A DNA stretch of 14,397 bases from Candidatus Heimdallarchaeota archaeon. Its GTDB lineage: Archaea; Asgardarchaeota; Wukongarchaeia; Wukongarchaeales; JBHIFL01. The stretch covers positions 1-14,397 of the forward strand of contig JBHIFL010000092.1 of NCBI GenBank assembly GCA_046761065.1, in the 5' to 3' direction. The notes below the pieces were generated by a model that was given only the letters and a program-made list of their open reading frames with translations, was not told the origin of the DNA and did not search any database. Below are positions 6,881 to 14,397 of this stretch, in pieces. Position 1 is the stretch's first letter. Every line of letters starts with the position of its first letter. Both the position numbers and the translations under genes were made by a program.

Positions 6881-8608
6881 GTGAAAAATAAAGAAATTGC
6901 CCGATTCTTTCATGAGATGGCTAAACTACAAGAAATGCAAGGGGAAACCTTCAAACCCCGCGCCTATAGACGTGCTGCCCGGACGATTGAAGGTTGGGCA
7001 GAGGATCTGACGGATATTTATCAGAGGCGTGGAAAAGAAGGGTTTGAAGAAATTCCTGGAATCGGAAAAAACATAGCCAACAAGATAGAAGAGATTCTAC
7101 AAACTGGTCACCTCCAAGCTCTTGAAAGATTACGCACAGAGATCCCTCCATTTCTTGTGGAATTAGCTCGTATCCCAGGTGTAGGGCCAAAAACTGCAAC
7201 GGTCCTCTATGAAACCCTTAAAGTTAAAACAATAGATGAATTAGAACGAACGATCCGGAAAGGAGGACTAAAAGGACTCAAAGGAATTGGCCCAAAGACG
7301 ATAAAAAACATCCTTCACGGCATTCAAATCTATCAGCAAGGAATGGAAAGGATTCTACTCTGGAACGCGTTACAAACCGGGAAAGAGCTGATTATGAAGC
7401 TTGGACAGAGTGGACTTGCTCAAGAAGTTTGTTTGGCCGGCTCTCTAAGACGAAGAAAGGAAACAATAGGCGATATAGACATTTTAGCTGTTTCCAAGGC
7501 GCCTCCTATGCAACTCATGGAGTTTTTCGTGGCTTTAGATAAAGTACAACGTATCTTGGCGAAAGGTAAGACGAAATCCTCCGTTATATTGGAAAATGGA
7601 ATTCAAACCGACTTGAGGGTAGTTGAACGCGAAAGTTATGGGTCTGCACTTCAATATTTTACGGGAAGTAAAGATCATAACGTCAAGTTACGACATTTAG
7701 CTATTGAAAAATCCCTGAAACTCAATGAGTATGGACTTTTTGAGAAAGATACAGAGCATAAAATTGCAGGAGCATCAGAACGGGAAATATACGAAAGATT
7801 AGGACTCCAATACATCGAACCAGAGTTAAGAGAAGACCAGGGAGAGATAGAAGCTGCACTCCAAGGCACATTACCGAACCTTCTTCGGTTTGAGGATGTG
7901 CGAGGCGAGCTTCATGCGCATTCGAATTGGAGCGACGGAGCATTTTCTGTGCGAGAAATGGCCGAAGCGGCAAAAGAAAAGGGTTATGATTATGTTGTTC
8001 TGGCTGATCATTCTCAAAGCTTGAAAGTTGCACATGGGTTAACTCCTGAGCAATTGCATGAACGTACACGAGAAATAGAGAAGGTAAATGAAGAACTTAA
8101 TGGAACACTCCTTATTCTGGAGGGTACTGAGGTTGATATTAAACCGGATGGATCTCTTGATTATCCTGCCTCCATATTGGAAGACCTAGATATCGTGATT
8201 GGAGGCGTTCACACGAAGCTGCGCATGACTGCTGAAGAGATGACCCAACGGCTCGTGAAAGCCATGCAAACAGGGCTGTTGGATGTATTGGCACATCCCA
8301 CAAGTCGTATGATTGGGAAACGAGAGTCAGCGCCCATGTATTTTGAAAGGGTCTGTGAAATTGCAGCGGAGACGAACACAGTGTTGGAAATTGATTCCCA
8401 CCCTGACCGAATGGATCTAGATAGTACCAAAGCGAGACAAGCTAGGGAATATGGGATAAAACTTGGGCTAAGCACTGATGCCCACCACATAAACCATCTA
8501 GATTATATGGAAATTGGCGTTTCAATTGCCCGACGCGCTTGGTTGGAGCCAAAAAATGTTCTCAATTGTCTATCATACAATGCTTTGAGAAAAACTTTGA
8601 AGTTTTAA
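6881..8608 (+). CDS. polX: DNA polymerase X / PHP 3'-5' exonuclease
   Basis: AYRRAA, HhH motifs IPGIGKNIANKI and IPGVGPKT, GSLRR.KETIGDIDIL, QTDLR, YFTGSK.HN, LNEYGL, PELRED. PHP ligands LHAHS.WSDG, DHS, E.DI, VH, AHP, TDAH. Confidence 0.97.
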   Translation: MKNKEIARFFHEMAKLQEMQGETFKPRAYRRAARTIEGWAEDLTDIYQRRGKEGFEEIPGIGKNIANKIEEILQTGHLQALERLRTEIPPFLVELARIPGVGPKTATVLYETLKVKTIDELERTIRKGGLKGLKGIGPKTIKNILHGIQIYQQGMERILLWNALQTGKELIMKLGQSGLAQEVCLAGSLRRRKETIGDIDILAVSKAPPMQLMEFFVALDKVQRILAKGKTKSSVILENGIQTDLRVVERESYGSALQYFTGSKDHNVKLRHLAIEKSLKLNEYGLFEKDTEHKIAGASEREIYERLGLQYIEPELREDQGEIEAALQGTLPNLLRFEDVRGELHAHSNWSDGAFSVREMAEAAKEKGYDYVVLADHSQSLKVAHGLTPEQLHERTREIEKVNEELNGTLLILEGTEVDIKPDGSLDYPASILEDLDIVIGGVHTKLRMTAEEMTQRLVKAMQTGLLDVLAHPTSRMIGKRESAPMYFERVCEIAAETNTVLEIDSHPDRMDLDSTKARQAREYGIKLGLSTDAHHINHLDYMEIGVSIARRAWLEPKNVLNCLSYNALRKTLKF

Positions 8609-8636
8609 TGAATTGAACCTTGATAGTCTGATTCTT

Positions 8637-9119
8637 ATGATAAAGGCTAAGATCGGCGATAAAGCTCCGGATTTTACTCTTCCTTCACAAACTGGAGAAA
8701 ATATTACACTTTCCCATTTTTTTGGGAAAAAATATATTGTTCTTTACTTCTACCCAAAGGATGAGACTCGGGGATGCACAATACAGGCGTGTAGCTTTAG
8801 AGACAACTACGAAATCTTCAAAGATTTAGGTACCGAAGTAATAGGTGTAAGTCCTGATAAAATAGAATCCCATCAAGCATTCGCTAACAAGCACCACTTG
8901 CCGTTTGTCTTATTAAGCGATAAGGACCAGAAAGTTCGAAAGCTTTATGGAGTATCCTCAACCTTAGGCTTTATCCCAGGGAGAGTAACTTATATTATAG
9001 ACAAAGAAGGAATCATCAAATACATCTTCTCTTCACAATTCCGACCTCGGAAGCATATCAACGAAGCAATTAATTTATTCAAAAAACTAAAAAAGGGGAA
9101 AGAATCTATAAACTATTAA
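8637..9119 (+). CDS. bcp: Peroxiredoxin, BCP/PrxQ subfamily
   Basis: GDKAPDFTL, FYPKDETRGCTIQAC (PxxxTxxC plus resolving Cys 5 residues later), GVSPD, LLSD, RVTYIID. Likely start ATG 8637 (ORF track gives TTG 8613). Confidence 0.95.
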   Translation: MIKAKIGDKAPDFTLPSQTGENITLSHFFGKKYIVLYFYPKDETRGCTIQACSFRDNYEIFKDLGTEVIGVSPDKIESHQAFANKHHLPFVLLSDKDQKVRKLYGVSSTLGFIPGRVTYIIDKEGIIKYIFSSQFRPRKHINEAINLFKKLKKGKESINY

Positions 9120-9177
9120 TAGAAAAATGTTACTACTTTGATTATTGCTCTCATTTAATTATTCAGCCGCTTATTTT

Positions 9178-10368
9178 CTAAAAATCGATTTCCTTCCCTT
9201 CAAAGATATATTCAAATATTTTTACAAAGTCATTGTAATTTATTGTACGGGGATTTGATAATGTCCCAGAATCATTTAAGGCATAGTTAATTAGGCTCTC
9301 AAAATGTGATTCATACTTTTTCTTAGGTATTTCCATCTCTTTCAGAGAAAGAGGCATGTTTAGTTTGATGAGAAACTTCTTAAATGTGTCTATGAACTTG
9401 GTTGCTGATTCTTCATTTGATGTCCCATGGAGTCCAACCAAACGGGCAAGATCCGCGATTCGTTGCGATTCCACCACTTTATTGAACATCAAGGAATACC
9501 AGCACATTGTCCCAATGCACTGAGAGTGCGGGACCTTAAATACGCTTCCAACGGCGTGCGCGAGCGAATGAGCTAAAATAATTTGGGAGTTTCCGAAGGC
9601 CCAACCCGCCATGGTAGCGGCAACATGCAATTTATCTCTGATCTCTACCGCTACTCCCCCTTTATTTTTGACTTGATCTACAGCGATTGGTAAATTTTTC
9701 CAAATGAGGAGGAACGCATGCCTTGCGAACGCATCTGATATGTCATTTCTCCATTGGGAGAGGTACCCATCAATTGCATGACACAAGGCATCCAACCCAG
9801 TGCCGGCAATAAGATGTTTAGGCATCGTTTGCGTAAGGATTGGATCTAGAATAGTCACATCGGCAACAAGTTCTCGATTCACTAACGAGATTTTCCGATC
9901 TACCGCTTCTGTGGTATCCGTGAGGACAATAGCCCAAGTAACATCAGCCCCTGTCCCGGAGGTCGTAGGGATTGTGATTAGGGAACAATTTGTTTTCTCT
10001 CTAAGCCCTAATTTCGCAAAGGGGTCAAGAGCTTCCACGTTTAATCCGGGGTCTGCACACACAGCCCACATCCCTTTAGCGGCATCTAAGACGCTGCCAC
10101 CGCCTAAGGCGATAATTACGTCTGGCTTGGCTTCCGACATGGCTCTACCTCCCTTTTGGACAATCTCCAGCGTAGGTTCGCTAAGGATCTCATCGAAAAC
10201 GGTGATTTTGGTATTTGTTTCATTCAATCGGGATTCAATGGCTGCCAAATGGAGTTTTTTCATTGTAGGATCTGTGACAATAAACGCATGGGTAAATTCT
10301 TGGTCAGAGAGATAGTCTAATGCATCTTCCCCAAAAATGACTTTTCTCGGCGAGGTAAACTCCCACAT
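9178..10368 (-). CDS. Iron-containing (group III) alcohol dehydrogenase
   Basis: IVTD, ALGGGSVLDAAK, IPTTSGTG, ILDP, metal ligands GLDALCHA, AHSLAH and VPH. Confidence 0.95.
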   Translation of the reverse strand: MWEFTSPRKVIFGEDALDYLSDQEFTHAFIVTDPTMKKLHLAAIESRLNETNTKITVFDEILSEPTLEIVQKGGRAMSEAKPDVIIALGGGSVLDAAKGMWAVCADPGLNVEALDPFAKLGLREKTNCSLITIPTTSGTGADVTWAIVLTDTTEAVDRKISLVNRELVADVTILDPILTQTMPKHLIAGTGLDALCHAIDGYLSQWRNDISDAFARHAFLLIWKNLPIAVDQVKNKGGVAVEIRDKLHVAATMAGWAFGNSQIILAHSLAHAVGSVFKVPHSQCIGTMCWYSLMFNKVVESQRIADLARLVGLHGTSNEESATKFIDTFKKFLIKLNMPLSLKEMEIPKKKYESHFESLINYALNDSGTLSNPRTINYNDFVKIFEYIFEGKEIDF

Positions 10369-10396
10369 CCAACATTATCTCCTTCATTGTCCTCCT

Positions 10397-10825
10397 TCAC
10401 ATGAATTCTACGTTTTCAACCATTGTTGTAGATCGAACAAGTTCCTGGGCAGCCTTTACGGCCCTTAAGACCTTCGCCATGTTTCCCTTCAACTTGAATT
10501 TTCGGGCTAGAAGCCCTTTAATAGGGCCAATTTCTCCTTTGAGTAATTTGATCCAGTTGGAATATTTTCCTCGATATTCATATTCGGACTCAGGTGTGCC
10601 GGTTTCGGGTGTCACAACGAAAGCCTTACGACATTTTCCATGCCACAGATCACAATACATCGTCATAGTTTCTGTTAAACCACCCGTACCATCTGGTTCG
10701 ATGACAAAAAGAAAATCCCCTTCCCAATCTTTTGCCGCCTTTTCATACTCCTTATTTGAGTTGACCTTTTCCACAAATTTCTCGACCCATTCTTGGCTAG
10801 GGAAGATCACCTTATCTTTACTCAT
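10397..10825 (-). CDS. SCP2 sterol/lipid-binding domain protein
   Basis: FPSQEW, Y...AKDWEGD, DLWHGKCR, Y.NW..LL.G...PIK.L...K.KLKGNM..VLR. GGAGG RBS. 28 nt upstream of the Fe-ADH gene. Confidence 0.88.
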   Translation of the reverse strand: MSKDKVIFPSQEWVEKFVEKVNSNKEYEKAAKDWEGDFLFVIEPDGTGGLTETMTMYCDLWHGKCRKAFVVTPETGTPESEYEYRGKYSNWIKLLKGEIGPIKGLLARKFKLKGNMAKVLRAVKAAQELVRSTTMVENVEFM

Positions 10826-11034
10826 ATTTTATTCCTCCGAACATATAATTTAGCTTATATCAGGTTCATATAGTTTTTGTAGGGTATTTGATTTCGATTT
10901 CAATCAAAAAAGATAAAGTCGTTATGAAGACTCCTCTCACCTATCGAACTAACCCAAAGGTCGCAAAATCCTAAAATTATGGAAGAAGAAACCTGAATAA
11001 GTGTACATTTATATAATTCTGGAGTGGAAACTGT
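10826..11034. promoter_or_regulatory. Divergent promoter region between SCP2-ADH and aor2
   Basis: Minus strand: CAAAAACTATATG (BRE/TATA-like) and GGAGG. Plus strand: TTTATATA 11008-11015 and GGAGTGG 11021-11027. AACCTGA(T)ATAAG motif before both genes. Confidence 0.55.
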
Positions 11035-12903
11035 TTGTATGGCTATATGGGGAAGATTTTGAGAGTAAATTTATCGCATTCAACGATTACTGAAGAGTTC
11101 CCGGATGAAAAGACGTTAAAACTGTTTTTAGGGGGTGCTGGGCTAGCTACCAAGTATCTTTTTGATGAAGTGAAACCTAGAATAGACCCCATAGGCCCGG
11201 AAAACAAATTAATATTCATGACTGGGCCTTTGACAGGAACGAGATCCCCCAGCACTGGAAGATACTCCGTAATAGCTAAAAGCCCCTTAACGGGCTTTTG
11301 GGGCCATGCTAACTCAGCTGGATATTGGGGCCGAGATTTTAAGAGATCTGGGTTTGATGGAGTCATTTTTGAGGCGATCGCCCCCCAACCCACCTATTTT
11401 GTGACGGATCATGGGAAAGCGGAGCTTCGAGATGCCACGTACCTGTGGGGGAAGAGCACCTCAGAGACCACTAAGCTGATCAAAGAAGAGCTAGGAGAAG
11501 GGTTCAATGTAACTTGTATCGGTATTGCTGGAGAGAATCTGGTCAAATATGCGGCAATCATCAATGACGCAAGTGAACCTTATTGGGGCAGGGCTGCTGG
11601 GAGGTGCGGAATGGGCACAGTAATGGGCTCAAAACGCCTAAAAGCCATTGCATCTCGAGGGAAAGCAAAGATCCCTATAGCCGATGAAGTTAAATACCAA
11701 GAAGAGGCAAACCAACGTTTCGACTGGGTCAACCAATCATTATTGAAAATGACCTTGGAAGTCTATGGTACTGCGGCTGTTTTGGATATGGTGAATGTTA
11801 AAGGGGGTTTACCGACCCGAAATTGGCAAACAGGCATATTCAAAGCAGCTGATGATATTAACGGCACAGCAATTAATGACAACATTTTAATCGAACGTAA
11901 ACCGTGTTTCGCATGTCCCATTCATTGTGGGCGGATCTCTGAGATTAAAACCGGCCCCTATGCCAGTAAGGGAGAAGGACCAGAATATGAATCCCTAGGT
12001 GCTCTCGGGAGCATGTGTGGGATTGATAATTTAGAAGCTATAACCTTTGCTCAATTTCTTTGCAATGAATATGGACTAGATGTGATTTCGACAGGAAATA
12101 CCATTGCATTTGCGATGGAATGTTATGAGAAAGGAGTTTTAACCGAAAACGAGACTGACGGCATAGAGCTTAATTTTGGCAATTATAAGGCGATGATAGA
12201 GCTAGTTCATAAAATAGCGAAGCGGGAGGGTTTAGGAAATTTGTTGGCCGAAGGAGCACGGATTGTCTCCCAAAAACTGGGGAAAGGAACTGAACGATTT
12301 GCAATGCATGTGAAAGGACTAGAACTACCGGCATATGACCCACGAGCTGCAAAAATCACGGGGTTAGCATACGCGACCGCCAATCGTGGCGGTGATCACA
12401 TAACGGCTTATATAGAAGGACCTACGTTTCTTTCAATGCCTTTCCTTATCGTGGACGGCGAGCTGGGCGATGAACTCCATGAAAATCCAACGGATGCGAG
12501 GATGGTTAAGGAGTATGAAGATGCCTTTAGTATTTTTGATGCGATTGGGGGGTGCAAATTCATGGGAATGGTACTTACAGGTGAAGACTGGGCTACTTTG
12601 ATCGCAACCCTCACTGGTTGGGAATTTACAGAAGCTATGTTTCGTAGAACTGGAGAGAGAATCTACAACCTCGCAAGAGCCTTTAATATAAGGGAAGGTT
12701 TAACTCGGGCTGACGATACCCTCCCAAAACGATTATTTGAAGATCCCTTGCCCGAAGGGCCAGCGGAAGGACATGTAATAAACTTAGAGCCACTTTTAGA
12801 CGCCTATTATAAATACCGTGGCTGGAACAAAGATGGGAAGCCGACTCCTGAAAAACTTAAAGAACTTGAATTAGATTGGGTAACTGACATCCTCTCACGC
12901 TAA
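11035..12903 (+). CDS. aor: Aldehyde:ferredoxin oxidoreductase family protein (classical AOR-like); last six codons and stop are IS-derived
   Basis: TTG start. YGYMGKILRVNLS, AKSPLTG, GRCGMGTVMGSK, CFACPIHC, EGPEYE, CNEYGLD, HVKGLELPAYDPR, NRGGDH, DAIGGC, YY..RGW...G.P. Confidence 0.96.
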   Translation: MYGYMGKILRVNLSHSTITEEFPDEKTLKLFLGGAGLATKYLFDEVKPRIDPIGPENKLIFMTGPLTGTRSPSTGRYSVIAKSPLTGFWGHANSAGYWGRDFKRSGFDGVIFEAIAPQPTYFVTDHGKAELRDATYLWGKSTSETTKLIKEELGEGFNVTCIGIAGENLVKYAAIINDASEPYWGRAAGRCGMGTVMGSKRLKAIASRGKAKIPIADEVKYQEEANQRFDWVNQSLLKMTLEVYGTAAVLDMVNVKGGLPTRNWQTGIFKAADDINGTAINDNILIERKPCFACPIHCGRISEIKTGPYASKGEGPEYESLGALGSMCGIDNLEAITFAQFLCNEYGLDVISTGNTIAFAMECYEKGVLTENETDGIELNFGNYKAMIELVHKIAKREGLGNLLAEGARIVSQKLGKGTERFAMHVKGLELPAYDPRAAKITGLAYATANRGGDHITAYIEGPTFLSMPFLIVDGELGDELHENPTDARMVKEYEDAFSIFDAIGGCKFMGMVLTGEDWATLIATLTGWEFTEAMFRRTGERIYNLARAFNIREGLTRADDTLPKRLFEDPLPEGPAEGHVINLEPLLDAYYKYRGWNKDGKPTPEKLKELELDWVTDILSR

Positions 12904-13010
12904 AGCGTGTGAGGTTCTCGGTTGCACTTTGACAACCGATGGGTGAGCCACCACCCAGTTATCCCTACCCTGAGGCTTGGGAATATTACCCTTGTTAGCC
13001 AGATTTGCAA
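12865..13010 (-). ncRNA. Predicted TnpB omegaRNA/reRNA (5' boundary uncertain); guide is the flanking aor2 sequence
   Basis: Position follows the known TnpB reRNA architecture. Visible stems are GATAACTGGGTG..CACCCATCGGTTGTC (12963-12931) and the right-end hairpin, then TCAG and flank TTACCCAATCTAATTCAAG. Expression is not shown by the sequence. Confidence 0.5.
12891..12914. repeat. IS605 right-end subterminal hairpin
   Basis: CCTCTCACGC-TAAA-GCGTGTGAGG, 10-bp stem with one mismatch. Confidence 0.88.
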
Positions 13011-14109
13011 CAGCGTAGACATCGGTATTCATAGCCTTGGTGTGAGTTTTACAGATGTATAATCCTCTGTACTTTCTCCCATTTCTGTGTCTTTTGCCGC
13101 ACAAAGAACAGGTTAGCGATGTGTATGCTTCGTTTCTTAAGCTGGTACGCATGCCGAAGTTTTCTGCTGTTATTCTTATTCTATCTACAAGACACTTGTA
13201 ACTCCAGAAGTTGTGAACCATTGAATTTGATTTCCTTCCTTTTGAATTATTGTTTCAGATACCATGCAAATCTCCCATTACTATTTCTGAAACACCTTTT
13301 TTCCAGCAATTCTTGGCAAATTTCTGCGCAATTGTGTTTACTGCATGCCTAAACCTTCTCTTACGTTTCCTGTACAACCTTCTCAATTGCTTAGATGTGT
13401 GCTTATTGTTTGCTTTCTTCAGCACAGATTGATGTTCAGCTATCTTATTTGTCCAGTACCACCAGTCAGAAAGCAAGATTCTACCTGAGTAGATTGTTGC
13501 TCTTTTATCTCCTTCAATCCATGCTGTTATCAGGTTTGCCACTCCCAAATCAACGTATGCTCTCTTATTTCCTATTGGCTGATGTATCGGTTCAACCGAT
13601 ACAGGCTGGAGGGCATACCATTGATTTGTTAGCTCGTCGTATACTATTTCCAACCTTCCCTGTTTCCCGTTCCATCTGTTTTTACCGCTCCACTTGATTT
13701 TTAATCCAAACGGTAGTCTTAACCAATCACATCCCAGCTTATAACAATCACATCTGACAAGACCTCTCAATTTCCTTCTTCCCGTTTTACGGTCTTTCCA
13801 GTATCCCGGTGGTCTAACCTTCTGGTCTGGTGGGAGTTTACCTTTCTTCTTCAGCCTCAGTAAAGCGAAGAACGATTTCCATGCCTCATTATTCTTAATG
13901 ATGACCTGCTAAGCTGTTGCTGAGCCTAATAATCGCTTGTACTTGCTGTATTCTTCATCAGTATTCCAGTCTACCTTACCCGCGAAGAATGACTGCCTTC
14001 TCTTGTAGCTAATCTCGTTCCACATCCGGGAGTAATTATTGGCTAACTCGAAGAGTTTGGAAGCTTGCTCCTTTGTTAGTCTTAACTTGAATGTGTGAGT
14101 CCTCTTCAT
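12895..14109 (-). pseudogene. tnpB: TnpB RNA-guided endonuclease with two in-frame nonsense codons
   Basis: The three ORF-track pieces (14109-13909, 13770-13255, 13221-12895) are one frame of 404 codons, broken by TAG 13911-13909 and TGA 13257-13255. Motifs YVDLGV, VMGDL, EAYTSLTCSLCG, MNTD. Confidence 0.93.
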
Positions 14110-14397
14110 TTACCCTTTTGCTCCTCTATATATTTCTTTACGACTTCAAGGGTTACAGCACTAACTGATGAGATAAACTTTGAATGAGTCGAGTCCACAA
14201 TGTTGGCAGTTTTCTTCTTAACTCCGGAAATTCTTCTCTAAGAACACGGGAAGTATACCCTTTTATCTTGTTGACAATCCTAAAAATACCTATTTTCAGA
14301 TTTACATATAATAATAAGTGGACATGATCTGGCAGAATTTCCATATCAAGTATTTCATATTCGTATTCCTTCTGTTTTTCAAGAATTAACTCCTTAA
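14106..14397 (-). pseudogene. tnpA: IS200-type Y1 (HUH) transposase TnpA, 3' part, frameshifted
   Basis: PDHVHLL (HUH), KIKGYTSRVLREEFPEL, LWT. A 5-nt tandem duplication (GAGTC twice, 14186-14195) separates this from SKFISSVSAVTLEVVKKYIEEQKGK*, which holds the catalytic Tyr. 5' end is outside the window. Confidence 0.92.

Larger units (their letters stand above)
12884..14397 (-). mobile_element. IS200/IS605-family element (tnpA-tnpB tandem), degenerate; left end outside the window
   Basis: tnpA and tnpB overlap at ATGA (14109-14106). Right end on the minus strand reads GAAC, hairpin CTCACACGC-TTTA-GCGTGAGAG, GATGTCAG, with cleavage tetramer TCAG ending at 12884. Confidence 0.92.

Noticed and set aside
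6951-12614. Antisense ORFs over polX, ADH, SCP2 and aor2, including 9800-10315 and 10401-10853
   Set aside because: Codon-mirror artefacts (Ser/Thr/Phe-rich) overlapping real genes.
12884-14397. IStron, Cas12f/CRISPR or domesticated TldR interpretation of the tnpB locus
   Set aside because: No intron or repeat-spacer array is visible, tnpA is adjacent, and the lesions are nonsense codons rather than clean loss of RuvC residues.

Overview
Chromosomal window of a probably anaerobic archaeon. The archaeal call rests on TATA/oligo-T signals and gene types; an Asgard-like origin is only an inference. It carries an alcohol/aldehyde/acyl-CoA oxidation cluster: two unrelated tungstopterin aldehyde:ferredoxin oxidoreductases (284-2062 minus, 11035-12903 plus), two tandem MoaD/SAMP-like ubiquitin-fold genes that both lack a free C-terminal Gly-Gly, an acyl-CoA dehydrogenase with an LCAD/IVD-type catalytic Glu position, and an SCP2 lipid-carrier + Fe-alcohol dehydrogenase operon divergent from the second AOR. 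Between these lie a decayed ICMT/PEMT-family methyltransferase pseudogene, a DUF6516 (TumE-like) toxin-antitoxin-type pair, and polX (PolX-PHP) followed by a BCP peroxiredoxin. The window ends in a dead IS200/IS605 element (frameshifted tnpA, tnpB with two nonsense codons). Its right end lies inside the last codons of the second aor and supplies that gene's stop codon. No rRNA, tRNA or CRISPR array was seen.
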